This document shows, piece after piece, positions 19,329 through 29,247 of a stretch of 64,000 nt of DNA. How positions within the stretch are numbered: position 1 is the stretch's first letter; each line of letters opens with the position of its first letter. Source of the DNA: a virus (Duplodnaviria > Caudoviricetes); IMG/VR virus record IMGVR_UViG_3300017722_005389, one strand, 5' to 3'. A program made the position numbers and the translations under genes. The notes under the pieces were generated by a model. It was not told the origin of the DNA, did not search any database, and saw only the letters and a program-made list of their open reading frames with translations.

Positions 19329-19847
19329 ATGAGTTTTATTGTAGTAGATGTCGAAGCTGATGGAACTATACCTGGAAAGTATTCAATGGTAAATTTTGGT
19401 GCAATCATTGTTGACCCAAGTTTATCAAAAACTTTCTACGGAGAAACAAAACCTATTTCTGAAGAGTATAATCCTGAATCTTTAGCTATCTCAGGTAAAT
19501 CCAGAGAAGAACATTTATCTTTTGAAGACCCTTCAATAGTAATGCAAAAATTCTCCCTTTGGATAAAAGAAAATTCCAAAGGGAGACCTATTTTTATTTC
19601 AGATAATTTAGCTTTCGATTGGCAATATATAAACTACTATTTTCACTTCTTTACTGGAGAAAATCCTTTTGGATACTCAGGAAGAAGAATAGGTGATTTA
19701 TATTGCGGATTAGTCAAAGATACTTATGCAACATGGAAACACCTTAGAGATACCGCACACGATCATAACCCTGTTAATGATGCCAAGGCAAACGCTGAGG
19801 TTCTTTTGAAAATGAAAGAAATGGGGCTAAAAATTAATTTGAAATAA
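19329..19847 (+). CDS. DEDDh 3'-5' exonuclease/exoribonuclease (Rv2179c-like)
   Basis: VDVEADG, FDWQ, H.H....DA..NA. Confidence 0.8.
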   Translation: MSFIVVDVEADGTIPGKYSMVNFGAIIVDPSLSKTFYGETKPISEEYNPESLAISGKSREEHLSFEDPSIVMQKFSLWIKENSKGRPIFISDNLAFDWQYINYYFHFFTGENPFGYSGRRIGDLYCGLVKDTYATWKHLRDTAHDHNPVNDAKANAEVLLKMKEMGLKINLK

Positions 19848-19848
19848 T

Positions 19849-20088
19849 TTACTTTTTAGGAGAACCACCTATGTATGCAGCTTTACCTAACATAGAATCT
19901 ATTTCTTGAGAAATAACAACAGGATTATACCCTTTCTTGTTTATGATTGATTGTTGTGCAATTTTAGGAACCTTGCTCCACGCATCAATTAAATTATTTA
20001 ATGCCTGAATAGAAGCTTGATCTACTTCTTCTTTGATAATTTTTCTGATTAAGTTAGTGAACCCTTTTTGTGAAACTTTGTTATACAT
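19849..20088 (-). CDS. Small leader-bearing protein
   Basis: FTNLIRKIIKEE; motif at 20105-20112. Confidence 0.55.
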   Translation of the reverse strand: MYNKVSQKGFTNLIRKIIKEEVDQASIQALNNLIDAWSKVPKIAQQSIINKKGYNPVVISQEIDSMLGKAAYIGGSPKK

Positions 20089-20157
20089 GATATTAGATTT
20101 TTATTATAAATATCATCAAATACTATAATTATTTAACCTATTTAAAAAAATAAAACT

Positions 20158-20523
20158 ATGGAAGATCGTATTTTAATCAATAATGTTTGGTATGTAAGAG
20201 AAGACTTAATTGAGGATGTAATTGAAGACATTCATACAACGGATTTTCTTGGAAGTATTTATGAAACCGAAAATTATTCTTGGGAAGCCACAAGACTTTT
20301 TAAGGATGATTTAGAAAATTTTTATGATGATTTTCATATTGAATTTATTAATAAGTCATTAAAAAAACAAGAGCCTGAAATTTGGGATTCAATGACATGG
20401 ATAGAAGGTGTTTATAATAATGATCCTGGTAGTATGACTTATGTAAAAGAAGTTATGAATGAAAATGGATTGTTACATTTCAAAGCATTCTTGAAAGAAT
20501 TGAAAAAAAGAGGATGGTTCTAA
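20158..20523 (+). CDS. Hypothetical protein
   Basis: Packed ORF. Confidence 0.6.
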   Translation: MEDRILINNVWYVREDLIEDVIEDIHTTDFLGSIYETENYSWEATRLFKDDLENFYDDFHIEFINKSLKKQEPEIWDSMTWIEGVYNNDPGSMTYVKEVMNENGLLHFKAFLKELKKRGWF

Positions 20524-20553
20524 AACATTATTTATAAATAAAAATAACTTCCT

Positions 20554-20778
20554 ATGGAAAATGAACAGACTGCTTTGGAGTGGTTACAAGAAATATTATA
20601 TCAGCATCTCTCACATGAACAAATGAGTCAATTTGAGGGATTGTTTATTCAAGCTTTAGCAATAGAACGATTTCAAATTGAAAAAGCTGCCATTTGGATG
20701 CCAGATCATTTTGGAACAGAATTTATTCCAGAATTAGGAAGACAATATTATGAAAAAAAATATAGAAAAAATAATTAA
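20554..20778 (+). CDS. TA(V/L)EWL-family small protein
   Basis: QTALEWL..ALAIER.QI..YY..KY. Confidence 0.6.
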   Translation: MENEQTALEWLQEILYQHLSHEQMSQFEGLFIQALAIERFQIEKAAIWMPDHFGTEFIPELGRQYYEKKYRKNN

Positions 20779-20786
20779 AAATAGTT

Positions 20787-20889
20787 TCTCATGTGGCGGA
20801 AAGGTGTAGACGCAAGATCGTAGGTAGCATCGTTCACAGCCAGCCTTAAACGTGGTGAACATAACAAGTTCGAATCTTGTTCTTGAGAT
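20787..20889 (+). tRNA. tRNA-like RNA, class II (Leu-like D/T arms), non-canonical anticodon arm
   Basis: TCTCATG/CTTGAGA acceptor, TGGCGGAAAGGTGTAGACGC D-arm, ACAAG-TTCGAAT-CTTGT T-arm; no clean anticodon stem; no encoded CCA. Confidence 0.6.
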
Positions 20890-20892
20890 AAC

Positions 20893-20927
20893 AAAAAAAT
20901 CCACATTTAAAAGTGTGGATTTTTTTT
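20893..20927 (+). terminator. Intrinsic terminator
   Basis: AAAAAAATCCACA / TGTGGATTTTTTT. Confidence 0.85.
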
Positions 20928-20997
20928 ATTTATAAATAGTAAGAAACAACTTAAAGTAAAAAACTTCTAACTTCTTACACTATTTATACATAAAAAG

Positions 20998-22359
20998 ATG
21001 CAAAAAATAATTCTCACAGAAAATCAATATAATTTTCTTTTGAATGAATCTGAAGCATATCCTTTCAGTGTTTATAAAGAAGGTGAAAGCTATATTTACT
21101 CATTTACTATCAGTGACGATAAGTTAGGAGATATTGAATATCTTTGCTCAATATATCCAAATCCTTGGCAAAAATATTATTACGATTTTGCATTCATCAC
21201 TAAGAAAGGTCAATCTACAAAAGAAAGAGTAGGTGGAGATTTAGAATTCATGAATAGTGTTCTAAAAACTATTGCTGAATGTATTATAGATTTCATTAGA
21301 AGAAAAGATATCGTAAAAATAATAGCATTTGAAGGGGATAGAATCAGGGAAAAAGCCTATTCAAGATTCTTCAAAAGACATCCATATTTTTCACAGTTTG
21401 AAATCGATGATACTTACACTAAAAGTGGTTTTGTTGAAATTCATGTAAACAAAGGAATAGAAACTATCGAAGAAAAATGGAGTCAGAAATATAAGAATTC
21501 TATTGACTGTAATAATCCAAAAGGATTTTCTCAAAAAGCCCATTGTCAAGGAAAGAAAAATAAATTCCTCAACGAAACTTATAAATTAACTTTTCAAGAT
21601 AAACAAGATATTGAAAAAGATATTCGTGATGAATATAATGGGTATTTAAAAGATATAACCAACAGAAATAAAGAAACAAAAATGTGGAGGACCATAATTG
21701 ATAATGTAAAAGGAAAATTTAGTGAAGATGACTATAATACTTTTTTGGATAGTTTTGGTCTTATTGCAAGACGAGAAATAGAATCTCCAATGAGATATAA
21801 TGAATTTTATTCAAAAAATAAAAAATCTATGACTGAAAAATTCATAAATAGAAAGAAGAGAGATGCTCCAACAACCTTTAATTATCCAATGAAAGCTGTT
21901 ATTGAGGATATTGATGAATACTATCAAAATATTTCTAAAGAAGAATTAAGTTCAATAAAGAAGTTTTTAAGAATTGTTGCTATAAGAATTGCAAGTGGAG
22001 CAGGTGAATCTATTGATAGAAAATTGGTTAGGAATGCTTTTTTCAACACTCCAACATCATTCCAAAAAATGTTTTCAGAAAAACCAAATAGTTATCTCTG
22101 GAGAGGAGATTATTCGCATCCTTCAGATGAGGATTATGATAAAGAAGACAAAGACTATTTATCTATGCAAAGCTTTAGCATTTACAAAAATATAGCTCAA
22201 AGTTTTGGTAGCCATTTTTCGGCTTCAAATATAAAATCATATGGTGGTTCATTCTCAGTACCAAAATTTTTAGAGTATGGTAATTCACCTATAATAGGAA
22301 GTACTGCCCTTGCAGATGATGAAGGTGAGGTGATGTTTTTTGATGTAGAATATAAATAA
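20998..22359 (+). CDS. Leader-bearing multidomain protein with C-terminal R-S-E ADP-ribosyltransferase-like domain
   Basis: MQKIILTENQYNFLLNE; KWSQKYK.SIDC.NPKGFSQKAHC module; YLWRG, QSFS..K.IA..F, DEGEV; TATTTATA at 20981. Confidence 0.6.
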   Translation: MQKIILTENQYNFLLNESEAYPFSVYKEGESYIYSFTISDDKLGDIEYLCSIYPNPWQKYYYDFAFITKKGQSTKERVGGDLEFMNSVLKTIAECIIDFIRRKDIVKIIAFEGDRIREKAYSRFFKRHPYFSQFEIDDTYTKSGFVEIHVNKGIETIEEKWSQKYKNSIDCNNPKGFSQKAHCQGKKNKFLNETYKLTFQDKQDIEKDIRDEYNGYLKDITNRNKETKMWRTIIDNVKGKFSEDDYNTFLDSFGLIARREIESPMRYNEFYSKNKKSMTEKFINRKKRDAPTTFNYPMKAVIEDIDEYYQNISKEELSSIKKFLRIVAIRIASGAGESIDRKLVRNAFFNTPTSFQKMFSEKPNSYLWRGDYSHPSDEDYDKEDKDYLSMQSFSIYKNIAQSFGSHFSASNIKSYGGSFSVPKFLEYGNSPIIGSTALADDEGEVMFFDVEYK

Positions 22360-22487
22360 AATGGATGCTGTAAACTGAATAGATTAAGTTGGCAAATAAA
22401 TATTTTAAAAAAATCCTTAGAAAATAATATATTTCTAAGGATTTTTTTTTTATCTTTGTTGAAATTTATCTTTTTAACCAAAATTTT

Positions 22488-22814
22488 ATGGACTTACTAT
22501 CAATAACAAAAATTTTAGCAAAGAACAATATTCCAACATCTATTCACTATAATTTTGAAAAGGATCAATTCTATATCGATTTAGATACAAGAGCAAAAAG
22601 TGAGCTTCATTTGTATGAAGATGGCGTACTTAGAGGCAGATATTCTTATGAAACCAATCTTAATTTTGAAGATGAAGTTAGTGATTTAATTAGAACTTTA
22701 TGTGTAGAATTCTCCAGAGCGTTATATGGAAGAGATTACTATAACCAAGCCTGGGCTGATTTATGTGAAAAAAATGATGTTCCTTTGAATATTTCTGAGT
22801 ATTATAGACAATAA
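22488..22814 (+). CDS. Hypothetical protein
   Basis: TATCTTTG at 22451 upstream. Confidence 0.6.
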   Translation: MDLLSITKILAKNNIPTSIHYNFEKDQFYIDLDTRAKSELHLYEDGVLRGRYSYETNLNFEDEVSDLIRTLCVEFSRALYGRDYYNQAWADLCEKNDVPLNISEYYRQ

Positions 22815-22815
22815 A

Positions 22816-23244
22816 TTATTCTTCAGGTATTAAATTATCAAATTTGTCATATAGTGCCTCTATTTTTCCATATTGGGTTTCAAGTTCAGCATATTCTTTT
22901 TCTAATCTTTGAGAAACAAGTTTAAGAGGATAATATTTATTAAATTCGTTTAATGAGAAAATAACAGTTTCAGAATTAGCTTTTATAATATATTTAAACT
23001 GATCACCGTTTGCATTCATTTGAAGTTGACCATAATTTAGTAATTTATAGCTTATAACGAATTGTCTTAAGTTCTCTGGTAATTTGGATAAAGTTTCTTT
23101 TGTTACATTAACATAATAATCATTTAATTTTTTTTGTGGGTTATTTTCTTCATATCCAAAAGGTACAGCCGATTGTTGTTCAGAAATAATTTTTCTAACC
23201 AATTTGGTTAAATCCCTTTCATTAAGTCTTACGATTTTCTTCAT
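22816..23244 (-). CDS. Leader-bearing hypothetical protein
   Basis: MKKIVRLNERDLTKLVRKIISEQ; motif at 23255-23262. Confidence 0.7.
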   Translation of the reverse strand: MKKIVRLNERDLTKLVRKIISEQQSAVPFGYEENNPQKKLNDYYVNVTKETLSKLPENLRQFVISYKLLNYGQLQMNANGDQFKYIIKANSETVIFSLNEFNKYYPLKLVSQRLEKEYAELETQYGKIEALYDKFDNLIPEE

Positions 23245-23304
23245 TTTTTTTTAATATAAATAGAATACTTTTAAAAATTTTTAAACAATTTAAAAAGAAA
23301 TAAT

Positions 23305-23544
23305 ATGACAGCAGATAGAATTAAAGAAATACAAATGGCATCTGCCTACCCTAACAGTCAAAGTGTTCAACAAGCACTATTACAAGTATGGAATGAATGT
23401 ATACAAGAAAGAATGTATAGTGAGGAAGATTTAAAAAAAGCAATAGATTTAGCAAGAGTATTCAGTAAAATTACTGAAAATGATGGGTATGACGAGTTCG
23501 AGTATACTCCTATTGAAATTATTCAACAATTTAAAAACAAATAA
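23305..23544 (+). CDS. Small hypothetical protein with YSEED module
   Basis: QERMYSEEDL...IIQQFK. Confidence 0.6.
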   Translation: MTADRIKEIQMASAYPNSQSVQQALLQVWNECIQERMYSEEDLKKAIDLARVFSKITENDGYDEFEYTPIEIIQQFKNK

Positions 23545-23545
23545 T

Positions 23546-23839
23546 ATGACAGCAGTAGAATTTTTAAAACAGAATCTTCCATCACTTTTTTTAGAAGATT
23601 CTGGGCATTATGCGAAATTATTTAAACAGGCTTTTGAACTTGAAAATCAGCAATTGGATCAAGCTGAACAGGATGGTTATAGACAGGCTTTAATTACCAT
23701 AGTCAATAAAATAGCTAATTTAGATGGAGAAGAGTTTCTTCAGAGTAAGGATATTTGGAATCATCCTGTTATAGAAAATCGGGTGGGAGAAGTCTTTGAT
23801 GTTGCAGAATTATTAAATCAATTTGTTAAACAACTATAA
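23546..23839 (+). CDS. TAVE(F/W)L-family protein
   Basis: Start re-called to MTAVEFL (track 23480). Confidence 0.6.
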   Translation: MTAVEFLKQNLPSLFLEDSGHYAKLFKQAFELENQQLDQAEQDGYRQALITIVNKIANLDGEEFLQSKDIWNHPVIENRVGEVFDVAELLNQFVKQL

Positions 23840-23848
23840 AATATTATT

Positions 23849-24070
23849 ATGACAGCAGTAGAATGGTTAGTAAATGAATTAAAAGATAATGGAATACCAT
23901 ATCTTGATTTAGCTTATGAAATAATTGAACAAGCCCTCGAAATGGAAAAGCAGCAAGCTGAAAGAAGTTACAGCAAAGAAGAAGTTGATGACTTGTTAGA
24001 TAGATTACTTGAAGGTAATATGTGTTCTGTTGTAGGAGAGGAATTAATCGAAAAATTTCAAAAGAAATAA
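23849..24070 (+). CDS. TAVEWL-family protein with YSKEE module
   Basis: MTAVEWL..ALEMEKQQ..YSKEEV. Confidence 0.65.
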   Translation: MTAVEWLVNELKDNGIPYLDLAYEIIEQALEMEKQQAERSYSKEEVDDLLDRLLEGNMCSVVGEELIEKFQKK

Positions 24071-24167
24071 TACTTCCTCAAAAGAAAATATTAATTTTTC
24101 TTTGGAAATGTCATTTTTGTTTCTTATATTTGTGGTACAATTAAAAATAATTAAAAATTGTGAACTT

Positions 24168-24419
24168 ATGGGTAAATATGAAACAATGAAACTAAATGAA
24201 TTTGGTAAAAAAGTTTGGAAGCATAAAACCAACAAAAGATTATTCTTAGAACAATCATATTCTTGGAAAGAACGATTGGTTTTGATAGAGGAATATGAGG
24301 ATAAAAGAAATGTTGTAATGGCATTTGAACTTAATAGTTTTGACTTTTCAGCATGGACACCAATGTCTAAAGAAGAATATGATTCAGTCAAATCTTCTTA
24401 CAAAGAAATTTATAATTAA
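24168..24419 (+). CDS. Hypothetical protein
   Basis: Start re-called after TATATTTG box at 24125. Confidence 0.5.
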   Translation: MGKYETMKLNEFGKKVWKHKTNKRLFLEQSYSWKERLVLIEEYEDKRNVVMAFELNSFDFSAWTPMSKEEYDSVKSSYKEIYN

Positions 24420-24438
24420 AATAACAATTATCACTATT

Positions 24439-24678
24439 ATGAAATTTAGAATAATCAAGAAAAGGTTTTATAGAGTAGAAGGAAGCTTTGAAGCATATTA
24501 CATTCAAGTTGAAAAGAAGCGATTTTTGCGCAAACCAAAATTTGTGTATCCTAACATAGAGGGTATAAATGATGGGCAAATAAGGACAATTGAGCAACTA
24601 AAGAACGCTTTAATGTATTTGATTGTAGATAGTGAAACAATAGAAGATAGAATTATTGATGACATAAATGACCTATAA
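24439..24678 (+). CDS. Hypothetical protein
   Basis: Start re-called to MKFRIIKK. Confidence 0.55.
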   Translation: MKFRIIKKRFYRVEGSFEAYYIQVEKKRFLRKPKFVYPNIEGINDGQIRTIEQLKNALMYLIVDSETIEDRIIDDINDL

Positions 24679-24865
24679 TATGACAGTGCAAGAAATGATT
24701 AGATTATTGTCAGAGTTTCCTCTTGATGCAAATGTTGAAATAACATTGCACACCGAAGACGATTCAGAAATATTTGGTTTTAGAGATGAACACTTAGAGA
24801 TTGATGGGTTAAATGATTGGTTTGATGATGAAAATACTGTACGTTTTGATGTTTGGAAAAAATAA
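24668..24865 (+). CDS. Hypothetical protein
   Basis: MTV.E.I..L..FP.DA.V motif. Confidence 0.55.
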   Translation: MTYNMTVQEMIRLLSEFPLDANVEITLHTEDDSEIFGFRDEHLEIDGLNDWFDDENTVRFDVWKK

Positions 24866-24895
24866 AATATTATTAAAATAAAATATTATTAAAAT

Positions 24896-25090
24896 ATGGC
24901 ACGTAAAAAAATTTCAAAAAAGAATTTCAAGGAAGTAATGTCCTCTATCATAGAGATGTTTGAAAGCGGTTCTAAAGAAGAGCAAAGTATATGGGTTAGC
25001 TGTATGAATAATTTGCTTGACGATATGAGAGATGATGATTTCTTTGGTACTGAAGGACAAACAGACCCAAGAGGGGATAATAGAGATTAA
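24896..25090 (+). CDS. Hypothetical protein
   Basis: DDFFGTEGQ.DPRGD.R motif. Confidence 0.6.
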   Translation: MARKKISKKNFKEVMSSIIEMFESGSKEEQSIWVSCMNNLLDDMRDDDFFGTEGQTDPRGDNRD

Positions 25091-25171
25091 GGTAAAAAGT
25101 CCTGTAGGCAAATTTTAAAAGAAAAAGAAGGGCGGTTTTTTTTAATTTGAATATTTATATATAAAAAAACA

Positions 25172-25735
25172 ATGAAAGATTTGAAACAATTTATTAAAAC
25201 AACTATACGAGAGTTTTTGAATGAGCAAAGCTATAATCAAAAATATTATAGAGCAATACCTAATTATGAGGGTGTTGATGTTGTTTTTAAACCTAAAGGA
25301 TATTATGAAGCATTTGATGATGATGGAAACCCTATTTTCCACACTGGAGATCTTATGTTAAAAAGTGATAAACCAGAAATATCAGCATCAAAAAATGTAG
25401 GTGGTGCTGTTTTGGGTGCGTGGAGTATGTTTAGAACCAAAGGGACAAAAGAAAAGGTTGTTTATATTTATGAAATTCAAGATAAGCCGTATAAAGACCT
25501 GTCTAATGTTAGAATTGATGATTTTGAATATCTTAAAGAAGTTAGATATAATGTTTCAGTGAAAGGTATATATGTTGGTAAATTCATATACGATAAAAAT
25601 TTTAATGATAGTGCCGAAAATTTTTATAATAGATTTAGTGATGACTATTTAGACGTTGAAAATGTTGATATTGATAAATGGGATGAGTTTGTTAATTATA
25701 TTCTAACAATGAATGACACTCAACTAAAAAAATAA
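25172..25735 (+). CDS. Leader-bearing putative ADP-ribosyltransferase-like protein
   Basis: MKDLKQFIKTTIREFLNE; YYRA, ISAS, YIYE, EVRY (R-S-E order); TATTTATA at 25152. Confidence 0.5.
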   Translation: MKDLKQFIKTTIREFLNEQSYNQKYYRAIPNYEGVDVVFKPKGYYEAFDDDGNPIFHTGDLMLKSDKPEISASKNVGGAVLGAWSMFRTKGTKEKVVYIYEIQDKPYKDLSNVRIDDFEYLKEVRYNVSVKGIYVGKFIYDKNFNDSAENFYNRFSDDYLDVENVDIDKWDEFVNYILTMNDTQLKK

Positions 25736-25953
25736 GTGCGGGGATTTTTCTTACAATTCTCTAACGAAAAAATTAAATCGTTCAATAGAAGACGATGAAA
25801 TTCATATAGACTGTTATAATATTCAAGCGGAAATGGATGAAATAAAAATGGCTATTGTTACATTAGCATTTTGTTCTTTAGAAGGTTCATTTTCTTCACT
25901 TGATGATGAAACTCATTTTGAAACTTTTAATTATTCTGAAGAAGATTAAACCT

Positions 25954-26502
25954 ATGACATATAAAATAATTTCAACAGAAAATTATCTGCTTATTGTAGA
26001 TGATTCAGAGATTAAAATAGGAGATATTGTATTAGAACAATATGTTGATGGTACAATAGGATTAGAACAGATTGATACTTTGAATGACATTCATTCTTTA
26101 TTGCATAAAAAAGTAATAGCTCATTTACCTTTAAATGGAGCTTCCATTCTCGATGGTGTAGATTTATTGCCTACTCTTGAAGATGAGGCAGAAGTGATGG
26201 CTGAAGAGTATTCTAAAAACTATTATTATGATAATGCACAAGATGATGTTTATCATGGATTTTTCCAAGGCTATAACAAAGCCAAAGAGCAATTCCGTTA
26301 TACAGAGGAAGATATGAAAGAAGCCTTTAAAGCAGGGCAATTAGATAAAGGTAATAATTGGTATGGAGGAGATTTTAATGAATTTATCCAATCCCACCAA
26401 CAACTAAAGATGCCTATTGGATTTGAGTTTGAAGTTAAAGATACATACATCAAAAACGGAATTTTAGTTAAAACTCAATGGGTAGGAAAATATATTTACT
26501 AA
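25954..26502 (+). CDS. Hypothetical protein (KIIAHLPL/YTEED modules)
   Basis: Start re-called to MTYKIIS (track 25900). Confidence 0.6.
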   Translation: MTYKIISTENYLLIVDDSEIKIGDIVLEQYVDGTIGLEQIDTLNDIHSLLHKKVIAHLPLNGASILDGVDLLPTLEDEAEVMAEEYSKNYYYDNAQDDVYHGFFQGYNKAKEQFRYTEEDMKEAFKAGQLDKGNNWYGGDFNEFIQSHQQLKMPIGFEFEVKDTYIKNGILVKTQWVGKYIY

Positions 26503-26520
26503 TTTTTAAAAAAATCAATT

Positions 26521-26709
26521 ATGACAATTCAAGAAACGTTAAAAAAGCTGATAACAGCAGAAAATTATGCAGAAGTAAGAGTGACTATTTCTGATGATTT
26601 TATTTCTTTTGTGAAAGATATGCTTCCTAGTGATTATGATTATATTTCTGAAAAAGAAGAAGGCTATCAACTACTATTACAATTTTTAAAAGATGTAAAA
26701 ACATTTTAA
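26521..26709 (+). CDS. Hypothetical protein
   Basis: Packed ORF. Confidence 0.5.
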   Translation: MTIQETLKKLITAENYAEVRVTISDDFISFVKDMLPSDYDYISEKEEGYQLLLQFLKDVKTF

Positions 26710-26710
26710 A

Positions 26711-26926
26711 ATGGTAAAAACTATTATTGGTTTTATTTTATTGATTGCAGTAATGTTTTTCATTGCAAAATCTTGTGAACCATCAGACCCTTATGAACAA
26801 GGAATGCATTGGGATTATAGCATAGAATGTGAAAATGGCTTTGTTTACAAAGTAAAAAACAGGGCTGCCATGCAAATATTTAACAGCGATGGAACACCTT
26901 TAAGATGTGGGCATAAAATTTATTAA
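26711..26926 (+). CDS. Small exported/membrane protein, possible lipoprotein
   Basis: Hydrophobic N-term ending IAKSC; CENG..LRC. Confidence 0.55.
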   Translation: MVKTIIGFILLIAVMFFIAKSCEPSDPYEQGMHWDYSIECENGFVYKVKNRAAMQIFNSDGTPLRCGHKIY

Positions 26927-27004
26927 TTTCAAAATACACTGTGATGAAAATCCTAGCAAATATCTCAACGCATGAGAACAGATAAAAAATAAATAAACAA
27001 ATCA

Positions 27005-27262
27005 ATGTTAAAAAATAAACAAGATTTTAAAAAAATCAAATATTGTTTAATGGTAACAAAACCAACAGAAAAGGAACAAAATCAAAAAATTTTATATCTG
27101 GTAGGATATGTTCATAAACCTACAATAGAAGATATTTCAATTCTTAAGGAGGAATTTATGATGGATGAAGCATATGGATTCTGTGATATTTTAGATCAAT
27201 TACAAATAACTCTGGCACCAAAAAATATTGTCGAGAAATTTATAAACCACATGCAAAAATAA
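27005..27262 (+). CDS. Hypothetical protein
   Basis: Packed ORF. Confidence 0.55.
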   Translation: MLKNKQDFKKIKYCLMVTKPTEKEQNQKILYLVGYVHKPTIEDISILKEEFMMDEAYGFCDILDQLQITLAPKNIVEKFINHMQK

Positions 27263-27273
27263 TAAATAGTATA

Positions 27274-27705
27274 ATGGAACTAATAACAACTTATATTTGT
27301 AAATTATCTGATACTGGTGTTCACGATAATATATTTGGCGGAACAATACTCGGATTGATAGATCAAAGTGCTGGAGCTTATGCTGCTCAGATATGTGATA
27401 CACCAAGAATGGTAACAGTCAAAATTGATGAATTGGTTTTTAAGAATCCTGTTAAAGCTGGAACCATCATCAAAATATACGGCAAAGTTTTAGAATTTGG
27501 AAATACATCAGTAACACTTTATATCGAAGTTAGAAAACATAATGTTTATACAGGTAAACAAGAGGTTGTGGTTTCAACTAATATCAAGTTTGTAAGGATT
27601 GATGAAGAAGGCTATTCAATTCCTATATCTGAACGAGTAAAAACCAGGTATAGTGAAAGAATCGAAAAATATGGTAAAGGATTATTAAACCCTGATGAAA
27701 GATAA
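27274..27705 (+). CDS. Acyl-CoA thioesterase (HotDog fold)
   Basis: D.G.H.NIFGG.IL..ID, VT..IDEL.F..PV..G, GNTS, FV.IDEEG. Confidence 0.85.
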   Translation: MELITTYICKLSDTGVHDNIFGGTILGLIDQSAGAYAAQICDTPRMVTVKIDELVFKNPVKAGTIIKIYGKVLEFGNTSVTLYIEVRKHNVYTGKQEVVVSTNIKFVRIDEEGYSIPISERVKTRYSERIEKYGKGLLNPDER

Positions 27706-27711
27706 ATTAAT

Positions 27712-28206
27712 ATGGAAGATTTTAATTCATTAAATGAGAAACAATTGGAATCCCTCGAAAGGGGACTCTCCGATTTAAAAAATAATAGAGTTATGACAAA
27801 TGATGAATTTTGGAAGGAATTGTTATCAAAAAAAGAACAACAAGAATTATTGGATGAGGTTTATGAGAATTATAAAAAAGAAATTCTTCGCCAAAGACAA
27901 CTGCAAAAAGAAGGAGTTAATAGGTTAAGAAGTCAAGGTAAACGATTAAAGGTTTCTTTGATTGAGTTATTAACAAAAGAAGAGTTCCTCCATAAATGTC
28001 AAACCGATAAAGACTTCTCTGAAAAGTGGGGACTAACCATTGAAGAACGAGAGTTGAGCTTGGAAGAGAGAGCAACAATTTGGAATAATACACATAATCC
28101 AGCAGGTAACATCTTCACACATAACCAATATGACGAGAATAATATACCTAAACGAGCAATCTCATTAAGATACAACCATAAAACAATAACGAGTTATGAA
28201 TATTAA
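27712..28206 (+). CDS. Hypothetical protein
   Basis: Packed ORF. Confidence 0.6.
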   Translation: MEDFNSLNEKQLESLERGLSDLKNNRVMTNDEFWKELLSKKEQQELLDEVYENYKKEILRQRQLQKEGVNRLRSQGKRLKVSLIELLTKEEFLHKCQTDKDFSEKWGLTIEERELSLEERATIWNNTHNPAGNIFTHNQYDENNIPKRAISLRYNHKTITSYEY

Positions 28207-28402
28207 CATTGATGAAAATGATTTACTCAAACACTTAACATTTTGGCATAATAAAACCGATGATGAGTGCATTGAGTTGGCAACCAATGAATTTGGATTA
28301 GATGCTGAAGAAGCATTAATGAATATGCTTGAGAGGGATTTCTGTACCGAAGTAAACAATAATATCATTGAAGATTTAAAAAAATTGATTAACGATTATT
28401 AA
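28196..28402 (+). CDS. Hypothetical protein
   Basis: Overlaps upstream stop. Confidence 0.5.
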   Translation: MNINIDENDLLKHLTFWHNKTDDECIELATNEFGLDAEEALMNMLERDFCTEVNNNIIEDLKKLINDY

Positions 28403-28661
28403 TAAAAGAGATATTATAGAATCAATGTTGAATATGGAAGACCCAATTACCAAACAACATTGGATGAGTTGGGATAAAGGTGATTGCTCAGAAATAGGAT
28501 TGTGTGAGATATTATTAGCACAACTTATTAGAGAACATAAAGAAGCAAATGGACTATATTATGATACAGACTACGATAAAATAACATTAAGATATGAATA
28601 AAGAATTATAAAGAATTAAATACAAAAAATGAACCATGAATAAAAAACAACAAAATAATAT

Positions 28662-29207
28662 TTGTTAAAACTGATGATAAAGAAACATAAATTTGTTGTA
28701 AAAAAAATTCCTTTAGAAAACTTATCAGAATATCAGATTGAACAGTGCAAACTTTTTTCTGAATATAGTTTTTCAACTTCCATCACAAAATATTCCGAAA
28801 GAAATCAAAGTGATATCGAAAAAATAAAAAGTGATATCTTTCTTGGGAAAACTGCAGAGTTCATGGTTTATAACTATCTGAACAAAAATGATAAAAATCC
28901 TACAAGCCCAGACCTGAATATATATTCAGCCAAAAAAAAATCATTTGATGCGGATATATTTGTAAAAAATACAAAAATCCACGTAAAAAGTCATAAGATC
29001 AATAAATACTTCCCAGTATCCTGGATTTTTCAAAAGTCAGACCCTCTAATAATTCATAAAGATTCAAATAATTATTTAGCTTTAGTAGTACTGGATGATA
29101 TAAATTACATGTATATCTTAAATATAATGGATGCCATTTTCGAAGAACCTTTAAAGGAATCTCTAAAGAATAATAAGATTTGTATTTATGAAAAAAACTT
29201 AACCTAA
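28662..29207 (+). CDS. Possible PD-(D/E)xK-fold nuclease
   Basis: GK.AEF.V, PD, DAD, HVKS, SW.FQ. Confidence 0.45.
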   Translation: MLKLMIKKHKFVVKKIPLENLSEYQIEQCKLFSEYSFSTSITKYSERNQSDIEKIKSDIFLGKTAEFMVYNYLNKNDKNPTSPDLNIYSAKKKSFDADIFVKNTKIHVKSHKINKYFPVSWIFQKSDPLIIHKDSNNYLALVVLDDINYMYILNIMDAIFEEPLKESLKNNKICIYEKNLT

Positions 29208-29247
29208 AGAAACCAAATCATCCTTCTTTTGATATTTATAATAAAAA

